Shown here in pieces: positions 28,367 through 37,858 of a DNA stretch of 64,000 nt. The position numbers and the translations under genes were made by a program. This DNA comes from an archaeon (GTDB lineage: Archaea > Undinarchaeota > CAZHTU01 > JBDRCC01). The first letter of the stretch is position 1; the number at the start of each line of letters is the position of its first letter. Location of the stretch: assembly GCA_043822065.1 (NCBI GenBank), contig JBDRCC010000021.1:1-64000 (forward strand), in the 5' to 3' direction. The notes beneath the pieces are model-generated. The model saw nothing but the letters and a program-made list of their open reading frames with translations, had not been told where the DNA came from and did not search any database.

Positions 28367-29056
28367 ATGGCAAACATCATAGAGCTAAGCGACGTGAAAA
28401 AGACGTACTACCTCGGCAAGCTCGCTGTCCCTATCCTCCACGGCATAAGCCTCCACATCCGCGAGGGCGAGTTCATCTCGATAGTCGGCCACTCCGGCAG
28501 CGGCAAGTCAACCCTCCTGAACCTCATTGGCTGCCTTGACACCCCGACCTCAGGCAGGATACTCATCTCAGGGAAGGACGTGTCCAAGCTGCACGAGAAC
28601 GACCTCGCCAAGATACGCCGGGAAAAAATCGGCTTCGTGTTCCAGAAGTACAACCTCATTGAGAAGCTCACCGCGCTTGAGAACGTCTCATTCCCGATGT
28701 GGCTTCGCGGGGTCCCGTCCGAGGAGCGCCTGAAAAAGGCGCACGCACTCCTCAGGACCGTCGGCCTCGGGGAAAGGGTCGAGCACAGGCCGTCAGAGCT
28801 CTCCGGCGGGGAGTCCCAGCGCGTTGCGATAGCCCGCGCACTCTCCAACAACCCGGAAATCATACTCGCGGACGAGCCGACCGGAAACCTCGACTCCAAA
28901 ACAAGCGAGGAGATTGAGACCCTCCTCATGAACCTCCACAAAAAGAAGGGGGTAACCCTTATCCTTGTCACCCATAACGAAGAGCTTGCCAAAAAGGCAA
29001 GGCACAGGATTTACCTTCGCGATGGGCTGGTATTAAAGGAGGAGAGGAAAAAATGA
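28367..29056 (+). CDS. ABC transporter ATPase (LolD/MacB type)
   Basis: GHSGSGKST, LSGGE, DEPTGNLD. Confidence 0.95.
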   Translation: MANIIELSDVKKTYYLGKLAVPILHGISLHIREGEFISIVGHSGSGKSTLLNLIGCLDTPTSGRILISGKDVSKLHENDLAKIRREKIGFVFQKYNLIEKLTALENVSFPMWLRGVPSEERLKKAHALLRTVGLGERVEHRPSELSGGESQRVAIARALSNNPEIILADEPTGNLDSKTSEEIETLLMNLHKKKGVTLILVTHNEELAKKARHRIYLRDGLVLKEERKK

Positions 29057-30219
29057 AGTATCTGCCAGTTATATTCGCCCTGCTTTTGGCAGGCGCAGTG
29101 TTTGCCGCAGAAAGCCCGGCATTCACAGTTTCAACACTCTCTTCCCCGGCTTCTGTCGAGCCTGGCGCGAGCTTCTCGCTCCAGATTCAGATACAGAACA
29201 GCGGGAAGGGCGCAGCAAACGATATGGAAGTATACCCAGTGATTGAGGGCCCGTTCGAGGTCAAGGCCGGCACAAAAACCAAGGAGAGCATCTCAACCCT
29301 CAACGCAGGCCAGATTGCGGTGGTTTCGTTCGACTTCTTTACCATCTACGGCACGAACACCGGCATCTACAACCTGAAAATCGCAGTCCTTGACGGCTCC
29401 GGGCTGAAGGTCGAAAAGGCAATACCAATCAGCGTCCAGTCCTCCCCGGACATCGAGGTAGTCGACGTGATCTCGCCGGAGAAAATCTCCCCTGGCGACC
29501 TGATCGAGCTCAAGCTCGTGCTCAAGAACGTGGGCGGCGGCGAGGCTAAGAACGTCCGCGTAACATATGCGGAATCCACGGCACTTCTGCCTGTCGGCGC
29601 GGCCGTCGGCTTTGTCGACAGCATTTCGCCAGGGATACAAAAGACCGTCAGGCTCCCCCTTTCCATAGCCGGGGACACAGAAGGCGGCTCAAAGACGCTG
29701 GCAGTTACAATAAACTTTGATGACAGCTCAGGCGCGGCGCAGACTGCAGTCCTGCGGAATATCGGTGTCAAGGTCAGCAGCAACATAGAGCTGAAGGCGT
29801 TCCTTGACGAGCAGACCAGCATGACTGCAGGGGTTACAGGCGCGGTTTCGGTCCAAATCGCGAACACCGGCCCGAACATAGCGCAGTACCTCGAGGTAAA
29901 AGTCAGCTCAGACGACTTTGTTCTAAGCCCGACATCCTTCTACATCGGCAACCTCGAATCAGACGACTACGACACGGTAGACTTTGCCGCAACCACGTCC
30001 AAGCCGGCTGGCGATTACCCGGTGACGGTAACGCTTTCCTACAAGGACCAGTTCAACAAGGCGACTGAGGACGTGCAGACTGTCAGCGTCAAGGTTCTGT
30101 CCCCCTCAGAATACAAGAAGCAGCAGCCAAAGAGCCGCGGGTGGGTCATCCTCCTGCTGTTAGTGCTCGGAGGCGCCGGCTACTGGTACTACAAGAAGAA
30201 GCGGAAGGCAAAGAAATAA
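29053..30219 (+). CDS. COG1361-type S-layer/Ig-domain protein
   Basis: Signal peptide, three N.G...A Ig-like repeats, C-terminal TM plus basic tail. Confidence 0.8.
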   Translation: MKYLPVIFALLLAGAVFAAESPAFTVSTLSSPASVEPGASFSLQIQIQNSGKGAANDMEVYPVIEGPFEVKAGTKTKESISTLNAGQIAVVSFDFFTIYGTNTGIYNLKIAVLDGSGLKVEKAIPISVQSSPDIEVVDVISPEKISPGDLIELKLVLKNVGGGEAKNVRVTYAESTALLPVGAAVGFVDSISPGIQKTVRLPLSIAGDTEGGSKTLAVTINFDDSSGAAQTAVLRNIGVKVSSNIELKAFLDEQTSMTAGVTGAVSVQIANTGPNIAQYLEVKVSSDDFVLSPTSFYIGNLESDDYDTVDFAATTSKPAGDYPVTVTLSYKDQFNKATEDVQTVSVKVLSPSEYKKQQPKSRGWVILLLLVLGGAGYWYYKKKRKAKK

Positions 30220-30222
30220 AAC

Positions 30223-31401
30223 ATGAATGAGCTCCTGAGGATTGCGGTCCGCAACCTCTCCTCCCAAAAGACACGGACCGCCCTCACCCTTTTAGGGATA
30301 ATCATCGGCGTTGGCGCGATAGTATCCCTAGTCTCAGTAGGGGAAGGCCTCCAGAGCACAATAACCGACCTAATCTCAAACCTCGGCACCCACAGGATAA
30401 TCGTGAGCCCCGGCGGAGGGGCCCCTACGATGGGCCTGTCGTTCGCCGATTCTGACGTAGAAACAATAGAAAAAGTCTCTGGCGTCGAGGCGGTGACCGG
30501 CGCATACGCGTCCTACGATACAATAAAAACCAGGAGGGAATCAACCCAGGCCCTCGTCAGGGGAGTCGACCCTGGGAAAATCAAGGACGTCATGTCCGGC
30601 GCCGGCGGCGGCTTCGAAATAGTGGACGGCAGATTCCTTCAGGAGGGCGACACACACAAGATAGTCGCCGGCTGGGACTTCCACGAGAGCGTGTTTGAAA
30701 AAAAGGTGGAAGTGCGCGACACAATCGAAATCCGCGGCCAGACGTTCGAGGTCGTCGGCGTCATTAAAAAATTAGGCCAGCGGGAGGCAGACCAGGCAAT
30801 TCTCGTCCCGATTGAGGACGTCTGGGACCTGTACGGCGCAAACGGCGAGTACAAGCTCATCTTCGTCAAGGTCGACGACAGCTACGACCCGGAAAAAGTC
30901 GCCGAGACGATAAAGGAAAAGCTCAAGCGCAAGAGAGACAGGGAGGACTTCTCAGTCCTGACAACAAAGCAGATACTTGAGACCCTTGGCAGCCTCACCA
31001 GAATCCTCAGCATAGTCCTAGGCGGAATCGCAGGCGTCTCCCTGCTCGTCGGCGGCGTCGGGATTGCGAACACCATGCTCATGTCCGTCCTTGAGAGGAC
31101 AAAGGAAATCGGGGTGATGAAGGCGCTCGGCGCCTTCCGCCGCCAGATAATCTCTATATTCATAGTCGAGGCAACGCTCATAGGCGTCATCGGCGGGGCC
31201 ATAGGCGTAGTCACAGGCTACGGGCTCTCGAAGGGCATCTCCGCCGCAACCGCAGCATACGGCATCGAGCTTGCGACAAAAGTCACCCCGACCCTTGCAG
31301 CTGAAGGCATGGGCTTCGCCATCATAGTGTCAATCCTGTTCGGGACATATCCCGCCTACCAGGCATCCAAGCTGGACCCAGTCCAGTCGCTGAGGTACTG
31401 A
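30223..31401 (+). CDS. MacB/FtsX-type ABC permease
   Basis: RT.LT.LGIIIG, GI.NTM..SV.ERT.EIG..KALGA. Confidence 0.93.
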   Translation: MNELLRIAVRNLSSQKTRTALTLLGIIIGVGAIVSLVSVGEGLQSTITDLISNLGTHRIIVSPGGGAPTMGLSFADSDVETIEKVSGVEAVTGAYASYDTIKTRRESTQALVRGVDPGKIKDVMSGAGGGFEIVDGRFLQEGDTHKIVAGWDFHESVFEKKVEVRDTIEIRGQTFEVVGVIKKLGQREADQAILVPIEDVWDLYGANGEYKLIFVKVDDSYDPEKVAETIKEKLKRKRDREDFSVLTTKQILETLGSLTRILSIVLGGIAGVSLLVGGVGIANTMLMSVLERTKEIGVMKALGAFRRQIISIFIVEATLIGVIGGAIGVVTGYGLSKGISAATAAYGIELATKVTPTLAAEGMGFAIIVSILFGTYPAYQASKLDPVQSLRY

Positions 31402-31402
31402 A

Positions 31403-32578
31403 ATGGAACTGCTGAATATCGTCATCCAAAACATGCGCGTCCGCAAGGGGAGGACAGCCCTGACTCTCATCGGAATAATCATCGGCATCTCCGTCGTCGT
31501 GGCGCTCGTCTCCGCTTCGCAGGGCCTGACGCAGGAGTTCGAGGACCAGCTCGAGGGCCTCGGCTACGACAAGATAATGATTTACGCCGCCGGCATGAAC
31601 ATGATGGCCACCAACCTATTCACGCAGGGTGATATTGACACGATAAACAAAGTCCAGGGCGTCGAGCTCGTAGGGGGGATGGCAATGGCCCAGACTCCAG
31701 TGGAGTTCAGAAATGAGCTGAAGACGTCATGGATAGCCGGCATGGACGCTGAAGAGGCCAGGGAGCTGTTTTTTGAGGGCACGGGCATGAACCTCTACTC
31801 CGGCAGGTGGCCTAGGGGCGGGGAGTCCCACGTCGCGCTCATCGGCTGGCTCGTACACAACGACCAGTACACGAAGGATGTCGACCTTGGCGACACAATA
31901 AAAATCGGCGAGACAGAGTTCAAGGTAATCGGCGTTGTCGATGAGATAGGCAACAGCCAGGACGACACCAACATCTACATAGAAACTGAGGAGTTCTGGG
32001 ACATCTTCGGGCAGAGGGGGACGTATGCCGCAATACTCGCAAGGACTACCCCAGGCGCCGACCCAAAAAAAATCGCCGAGGTCATCGACAGGCGGCTTGA
32101 GCGGTACAGAGACGCGGAGGACTTTGATGTCTTCACCATGGACCAGCTGGCAGAGCAGATTGCCGACGTGATGAAAACGCTCACCACAGTCCTTACGGGA
32201 ATCGCCGCGATTTCCCTCATCGTCGGCGGCATAGGGATAATGAACACAATGCTCATGAACGTCGTGGAGCGGACGAAGGAAATCGGGATAATGAAGGCGG
32301 TCGGCGCGACCGAGCGCCAGATAATATCAATATTCCTGGCGGAGGCTGTCGTCATCTCGCTAATCGGCGGGACAATAGGCATTGTTTTCGGCCACGTCCT
32401 CACCAGGGCGATAGCATTTGGCGTCAAGATGGCCGGCGCGACAATCCAGACCCCGCTCGGGCTCTACACTATAATCCTAGCCTACGTCTTTTCGGCAGCC
32501 GTTGGCATAACGTCAGGCATCTATCCCGCAATAAAGGCAGCAAAACTCGACCCTGTGGAATCCCTCAGGTACGAGTGA
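31403..32578 (+). CDS. MacB/FtsX-type ABC permease (paralog)
   Basis: Same motifs as the preceding gene. Confidence 0.93.
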   Translation: MELLNIVIQNMRVRKGRTALTLIGIIIGISVVVALVSASQGLTQEFEDQLEGLGYDKIMIYAAGMNMMATNLFTQGDIDTINKVQGVELVGGMAMAQTPVEFRNELKTSWIAGMDAEEARELFFEGTGMNLYSGRWPRGGESHVALIGWLVHNDQYTKDVDLGDTIKIGETEFKVIGVVDEIGNSQDDTNIYIETEEFWDIFGQRGTYAAILARTTPGADPKKIAEVIDRRLERYRDAEDFDVFTMDQLAEQIADVMKTLTTVLTGIAAISLIVGGIGIMNTMLMNVVERTKEIGIMKAVGATERQIISIFLAEAVVISLIGGTIGIVFGHVLTRAIAFGVKMAGATIQTPLGLYTIILAYVFSAAVGITSGIYPAIKAAKLDPVESLRYE

Positions 32579-32761
32579 CTATCTCTTCTTCGCTTCAAGA
32601 ATCTGCTCGATGTGGTACATGCTCAGTATTATCACGAGCAGCCCGATGAACATGACGGCGTTCATGTCCTTCACGGCGTACGCGACAAACATAGCAGCCA
32701 GCCCGAAATAGACCTCGAGCTTCTTTTCGTTCATCTTAATATTGAACCTTTTCTCAGGCAT
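32579..32761 (-). CDS. Small two-TM protein
   Basis: 60 aa, hydrophobic. Confidence 0.55.
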   Translation of the reverse strand: MPEKRFNIKMNEKKLEVYFGLAAMFVAYAVKDMNAVMFIGLLVIILSMYHIEQILEAKKR

Positions 32762-32898
32762 GATATGTCTAAATACCGCCCTGTTTTAAACCTTCCTATC
32801 GCAGCGCAAGGGGGGACGCCTCCCCCCTTACCGCACTATTCCCCCTCTTACTCAAAGCCATCGCAAGTTTAATCTACTAGGTGCTATTAATTACGGGC

Positions 32899-33285
32899 AT
32901 GGACAAGCCGTTCACGACAATGGACCCGTACAAGCGGGACGAAATCGTCGCCTACCTCAATTCTGACGAGAGCAGGATACGCATAATCAAGGCGCTCGAG
33001 CGCAGGGCCGAGCCGCTGACCACGGAGTACCTCAAGGAGCTCCTCTGGGAGAAGGACATCGGCGAGACAATAGCTCTTCTTACCGACATGGAAGCGAACG
33101 GCATAGTCAAGTGCATGTCAAGGAAGGACGGCAAGCCGTCTTCCTGGGACCTGACAATCGAGGGCAAGGAAGTCTTATACGCGCTCGGCACCCCGCATCG
33201 GGCGTCCCAGTGGCACCTTGGAAATATACTCGGCACCATGGTCTCAAGGCTCAAAAAAATAAAAGAGGAAAAGGCAAAACCCTAA
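32899..33285 (+). CDS. Winged-helix protein
   Basis: R.RII.AL, L..ME..G.V, W.LT.EG.E motifs. Confidence 0.7.
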   Translation: MDKPFTTMDPYKRDEIVAYLNSDESRIRIIKALERRAEPLTTEYLKELLWEKDIGETIALLTDMEANGIVKCMSRKDGKPSSWDLTIEGKEVLYALGTPHRASQWHLGNILGTMVSRLKKIKEEKAKP

Positions 33286-33569
33286 GAAAGCCCGAGCTTA
33301 TCCTTCCACGTCGCGCCCTTCTGCAGAACCGCCTTTGACATTGACCTTCCTGATTCGGAAAGCTCTTCCCTCAGCCTGTGGTTCTCTGAAAAAAGCTCCT
33401 TTATCCTCTTCGTGAGCTCGTCAATCTCGAGCTTGTACTTCTTGTTCTCCAGCTCGAGCTGCTTCACCTTGTCCATCTCGTCGTAGCTCGGGAGCTTCTT
33501 TGAGCTGCTGCTCTTCAGCGGGAGATCCCTGAAAATGCTCTTTTTTATGTCCTCTACGCTCTCTTCCAT
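33282..33569 (-). CDS. Small coiled-coil protein
   Basis: Heptad repeat core. Confidence 0.65.
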   Translation of the reverse strand: MEESVEDIKKSIFRDLPLKSSSSKKLPSYDEMDKVKQLELENKKYKLEIDELTKRIKELFSENHRLREELSESGRSMSKAVLQKGATWKDKLGLS

Positions 33570-33612
33570 AACTACGATATGTATCTTATATTAATAAACC
33601 TATATACTACTC

Positions 33613-33939
33613 ATGACGACCCTTCTCGCCGTAAGGGCGCCCTACCCGGAGCTGAAGCGGCACATCCACCACCTCTCGGATGTTGTCTACATGTACTTCA
33701 TAGACATCTCTGACATCTCCGGATGGAGGTTCTACGACTTCCACGGGCGCCTCCTGCGCGCCCACCAGCACCTGCGCTCCCTCCGCGACCTCCGGGGCGG
33801 GAAAATGCGGATTGAGTTTGGCACTGACTTCCAGGAAAAGCTCACCAGCGTCGCCCTTGAGGAGCGCGCCGACAAAATCGTCCTTCCCGTCGCGGAGGCG
33901 CCTGCCGGCGACCTTGGGGTGGAGGTGATATACCTTTGA
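33613..33939 (+). CDS. Small USP/HUP-fold-like protein
   Basis: Alpha/beta pattern ending G.....L..VA.EE.ADKIVLP. Confidence 0.55.
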   Translation: MTTLLAVRAPYPELKRHIHHLSDVVYMYFIDISDISGWRFYDFHGRLLRAHQHLRSLRDLRGGKMRIEFGTDFQEKLTSVALEERADKIVLPVAEAPAGDLGVEVIYL

Positions 33940-35048
33940 GGGCGCTTGTCCCCCTCTTCCCGTGCTCGTCGCGCGCGGAAAAAGCCGCTGAAAAGGCAAA
34001 GAGCAACGCCGACGAGGTCGTCCTTGCCTACCTTCTCCCTGCAAAATACGCCAAGGTGTTTTCGTTCACCAAGTTCCTCTTCTACGGCTTGTGCGGCAAC
34101 TACGCGCTCAACTACCTTGAGGAGAAGATGCCCCCTGCGAAGGTGAAGAAGATAATGCTCTACGGCGACCAGAAGGCTGAAATCCTCCGCGCCTTCAAGC
34201 GGGAGAAGTGCGACGTGGTGATTGCGGAGGCATGGCAGCAGAAGGAGTACAACATACTCCGCGAGGTCTCCACGGAGGTTCCGACAATAACCATATTCCG
34301 CAGGGGGAGCTTCAGCTACGCCCAGGGCAGCGCAACTCCAGCGGTCTCCCGCGAGGTCAAGGGCTTTGGCAAGGAGCCCCTCGACGAGATTCTCTGGAGC
34401 CTCTACTCAAAAGACAACCTAACCGCAAAAAAGCCCCAGCCCGAGCCGCCAGTCATGCCTGACGACTGGGTCCGCGCGTTCAAGACGGGCGAGTTCCTCT
34501 CGATATTCTTCCGCACCGGCCTCATATTCGAAAAGGACATGCTCGACTCGCTTCTTGAGAGGGAGCCAGAGCAAGACACGTATGACCTGCTGAAGAAGCT
34601 TGCCCACAGGATGTACGTCCTCCTGAAGTTCAAGAGCCCGCCGGAGCCTAATCTCCTGGAGTGGTGGGCAGAGACGTCCGCATTACCAGACGACCACGGC
34701 GCCTGCGCATCATCCCTCCTTGAAAAGATGGAGCGGATCGGCCACCTTTCGAACCACGAACGCGTTTTTTTAGCGTCCTACCTCGGCTGCCTGCGCGGGG
34801 TCAACTCCAAGTCCATTCTCCGCCTGTTCGAGCATAATTTGATTGACCACGAGCCGAAGATAAGCGCGTTCAACACCTACCAGATACTCGGGCTCTTCAG
34901 CGGAAAGCCTTACGTCGTCTCTGACAACTATGCCCGCGCCCACGGGATTTGCAAAGGCTGCGAGCGCGAAGGGCAGCCCTGCCGCATACAAATGCTCTAC
35001 CTCAAGTGGCTTGAGAAGGAAAGAAGGCACGCCAGGGAAAAAGCCTAG
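33936..35048 (+). CDS. HUP-fold domain plus photolyase-FAD/PriL-CTD-like domain
   Basis: YGDQKAEI.....KCDVVI; GHLSNHERVFLASYL; FEHNLIDHEP; C..C......C tail. Confidence 0.55.
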   Translation: MRALVPLFPCSSRAEKAAEKAKSNADEVVLAYLLPAKYAKVFSFTKFLFYGLCGNYALNYLEEKMPPAKVKKIMLYGDQKAEILRAFKREKCDVVIAEAWQQKEYNILREVSTEVPTITIFRRGSFSYAQGSATPAVSREVKGFGKEPLDEILWSLYSKDNLTAKKPQPEPPVMPDDWVRAFKTGEFLSIFFRTGLIFEKDMLDSLLEREPEQDTYDLLKKLAHRMYVLLKFKSPPEPNLLEWWAETSALPDDHGACASSLLEKMERIGHLSNHERVFLASYLGCLRGVNSKSILRLFEHNLIDHEPKISAFNTYQILGLFSGKPYVVSDNYARAHGICKGCEREGQPCRIQMLYLKWLEKERRHAREKA

Positions 35049-36118
35049 TTCTTGTATTTTATGTACGTCTGCAGCGTAGCCTGCGCAAGCCCGAGCCCGA
35101 GCGGCCCGAGGACTAAGCCCTTAACGCCCCAGATGAGCGGCCCGCCTATGAAGCCGAGCAGGACTATGAGCGGGTGTATGCTTCCGGACTTTCCCGCCAG
35201 CGTCGGCCTTATGTAAAAGTCAGGCAGGAGCATCAGGAATACCACATCGAACGCTAGTATTATGATTGAGTTAACCACCGCCACTGCCGCGGGCTGCGTG
35301 CTCAGCAGCCAGAAGACAATCGGCACAAAGATGATTGGCGTCCCTATCAGCGGAAGGAGCATGCAGACCCCCACTAGTATGCCAAGGAAAACCGCATATG
35401 CCGTTGTCATGAAAGGCACAATCCCAAAGGCGCCCATGACCATGAACCCGGCCGTCGCAATAAACATGCCTATCAGGGAGGTGACAACGTGCCCTATGAA
35501 GAGCCCGTGCGCAATCCTCTCAACGTGCTTCATCAGCTCCACGAGGAACTCCTGGTTCTTCGGGATCCTCCGGTTTATGCTGTCGACTATCCTTGGGCCG
35601 TCCCGTATGAAATAATACGTCGTTATCAGGTAGACCGGGACCTGGATGAAAACCCTGCTTGAGAACGAGGCTATCGTGCCAGTCACGCTTACCCCGAAGT
35701 TAAGGAGCATCTCCCTGACCCGCAGGCCTATTACCTCCGAGAAGACCTCGAGGCCCATGCCGTTCAGCGCACTCTGTATCTTTGCCGCAATCGCCGGCGA
35801 GTAGTAGATTAAATCAATGAGAAGCCCTGAGCCCCTTGACGTGGTCAAGAAGGAAATCGTCTGGAAGAAAAGCAGAACGAGCGGGATAATCAGGATGAGC
35901 ATTGAAAGGAATGCCGATAGGGCGTACGAGCCAAGTATCCTGTTGCCGGTCCTTTTCCCTAGCTCATTCACCTTCTTTGTCAGCGGGTAGACTATGTACG
36001 CGGTTACGGCGCCCATAATCACTACCCCGGCAAAGAAGTCCAGCACCTTCCAGCTCAGGAAGGCTACAAACAGGGTTGACGCCAATACGACAATGCTCCA
36101 AAAGGTCCGCTCTTGCAT
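35045..36118 (-). CDS. AI-2E family (PerM) transporter
   Basis: AY..YP, YYF..DG, LP..G, RP.L.G....HPL, GG....G..G..LGP. Confidence 0.9.
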   Translation of the reverse strand: MQERTFWSIVVLASTLFVAFLSWKVLDFFAGVVIMGAVTAYIVYPLTKKVNELGKRTGNRILGSYALSAFLSMLILIIPLVLLFFQTISFLTTSRGSGLLIDLIYYSPAIAAKIQSALNGMGLEVFSEVIGLRVREMLLNFGVSVTGTIASFSSRVFIQVPVYLITTYYFIRDGPRIVDSINRRIPKNQEFLVELMKHVERIAHGLFIGHVVTSLIGMFIATAGFMVMGAFGIVPFMTTAYAVFLGILVGVCMLLPLIGTPIIFVPIVFWLLSTQPAAVAVVNSIIILAFDVVFLMLLPDFYIRPTLAGKSGSIHPLIVLLGFIGGPLIWGVKGLVLGPLGLGLAQATLQTYIKYKN

Positions 36119-36156
36119 AGCCCTTAAATATAACTGTGTGATATATAACTTTACCT

Positions 36157-36693
36157 ATGGACAGCCTTAACGACCTATTCAAACAGGCAAAAAGCATGGA
36201 CATACGGAACATCAGGAAGTACCTGCACCCGTACATCAAGGAGTTCATACGCCAGGAAAAGACCCGCCCGAAGAACGTCGGGCTCCTCATCGACGGCCCG
36301 AACATCGTGCGGAAGGAGTTCTCTGTCGACTTCGACGAGATACGCAAAAAGGCGCAGAAGTACGGCGACCTGAAGATCGCAAAGGCGTTCCTCAACCAGT
36401 ACGCCAAGGAGAAGCTCATAGAGGCAATCGCAAACCAGGGTTTCGAGCCCGTCATGTCCATTTCGGAGGACGTCGACGTCGACGTCGCTGTCGAGGCGGT
36501 CGAGCTGATACACAACCCGCTGATAGACATCATAATCATCGCCTCAAGGGACTCGGACTACCTCCCGGTTTTCCGCCTTGCCAAGGAGAAGAACAAGACG
36601 ATAATCGTCTTCGGCGCAGAGCCAGGCTTCAGTCAGGCGCTGAAAAACGCAGCCGACAAGTACGAAGTCCTGGGCAAAAGGAAATTTATATGA
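36157..36693 (+). CDS. NYN domain protein (LabA/DUF88, TIGR00288-like)
   Basis: IDGPN, DVDV, SRDSDY, S..L...AD. Confidence 0.9.
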   Translation: MDSLNDLFKQAKSMDIRNIRKYLHPYIKEFIRQEKTRPKNVGLLIDGPNIVRKEFSVDFDEIRKKAQKYGDLKIAKAFLNQYAKEKLIEAIANQGFEPVMSISEDVDVDVAVEAVELIHNPLIDIIIIASRDSDYLPVFRLAKEKNKTIIVFGAEPGFSQALKNAADKYEVLGKRKFI

Positions 36694-36711
36694 CCTCGCC
36701 ATATAACAATC

Positions 36712-37005
36712 ATGCATCCGAAACTAAACCCTTCAATAAAGTTTGAGCTCAAGGGGCAGAGCTTTGCCTACCGGGACACTGCAAGCGACGACCACTCTGC
36801 CAAGCCAATCGACCCCCTTGCATTTTTTATCTGCTCTTTGTGCAACGGGGAGAACAACGAGGACGACATCACCAGCCAGCTTAGGAAGACGCTGACCGAC
36901 AGCGGCATGCAGATACCTCCTGGCGTCGAGCTGAAGGCAAACGTCGAAAAAGTAATCAACACCCTGGCGACTGCCGGAATCGTAATGATTGACCTGAAGG
37001 TTTAA
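36712..37005 (+). CDS. PqqD/RRE-like small protein
   Basis: A..I..LCNG.....DI...L and V...I..L...GIV pattern. Confidence 0.6.
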   Translation: MHPKLNPSIKFELKGQSFAYRDTASDDHSAKPIDPLAFFICSLCNGENNEDDITSQLRKTLTDSGMQIPPGVELKANVEKVINTLATAGIVMIDLKV

Positions 37006-37101
37006 GCCTTCAGCTGCCGGTACAGCTCAGTCCCGACCTTTCTTTAGAAAAGAAAGCTCGACCAAAGAAATTACTGCTTCAGCTGCCGGTACAGCTCTGT
37101 C
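37002..37101. repeat. Hairpin element copy 2 (37034-37070) flanked by 31-bp direct repeats
   Basis: 37002-37032 vs 37071-37101 match 27/31; core CGAC-CTTTCTTT-AGA-AAAGAAAG-CTCG-ACCAAAGAAA. Confidence 0.9.
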
Positions 37102-37820
37102 TTGAACCCGCCCAGCAGCACCCTGAAATACGCATAAATTACCCCGAACAGGGCAAACCCTACAACCATATTCGGCAGGTAGGGGTACGTAATCCAGACG
37201 CTCCCAAAAGCAAGCTCGTATACCACAACGCTTGGCACAAGGGCTATCGCAGGAATAGCCGCCGCAAAAATAGCGAGAAGCATCAGGACGTTATAGGCCA
37301 TCCAGTCCCAGAATATCTTCGCCTTCTGCCCTTTGAACTGCATGTAAGAGTCTATGACTATGTCGGCGTAGTCCTTCTTTATCAGCGCGCCGTGCTGGTA
37401 GGAGAAGAATAGCGGCACCCCCACAAACAGCCACAGCATTCCACCATACGTCGGAATGAATGTTATGAATACAAAATACCCAACCGCCAGGCTCAGCGTC
37501 ACAGCCGTGAACGTCGGGTAATGCGCCCTGAACCCGTCCCAGCTCTTTCGGAGGCTTTCCGCCCTCCCGCCGAAATACTGGTTCGCATTCCTGATTATGA
37601 CTCCCTCCAGTGCGATGTATGCCAGCACTGCCGCAGCCCCGCATGCCATAAAAACCAGCCCGGCCGCCACCGACGCTTCCATAGACGCCACTGCCCTCGA
37701 AATGAACAGGAGCCCTCCAAGCGCGAAAAAAGAAAGCGTGAACAATACGGCGTACGGCGCCATCCTCTCCCGGCTGTGGGCGTATGTCACCGCCCGCCTT
37801 ATCGCAGTCCTGTACCTCAT
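37071..37820 (-). CDS. Multi-TM membrane protein
   Basis: About 6 TM; ATG at 37820 with upstream TATA-like box. Confidence 0.7.
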   Translation of the reverse strand: MRYRTAIRRAVTYAHSRERMAPYAVLFTLSFFALGGLLFISRAVASMEASVAAGLVFMACGAAAVLAYIALEGVIIRNANQYFGGRAESLRKSWDGFRAHYPTFTAVTLSLAVGYFVFITFIPTYGGMLWLFVGVPLFFSYQHGALIKKDYADIVIDSYMQFKGQKAKIFWDWMAYNVLMLLAIFAAAIPAIALVPSVVVYELAFGSVWITYPYLPNMVVGFALFGVIYAYFRVLLGGFKTELYRQLKQ

Positions 37821-37858
37821 TATGCTAATTGAATCTAAAAACTCATATTTAAAGCCAG

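Noticed and set aside
28367-32578. ABC ATPase + COG1361 + two permeases as a novel system
   Set aside because: This is a common archaeal gene arrangement.
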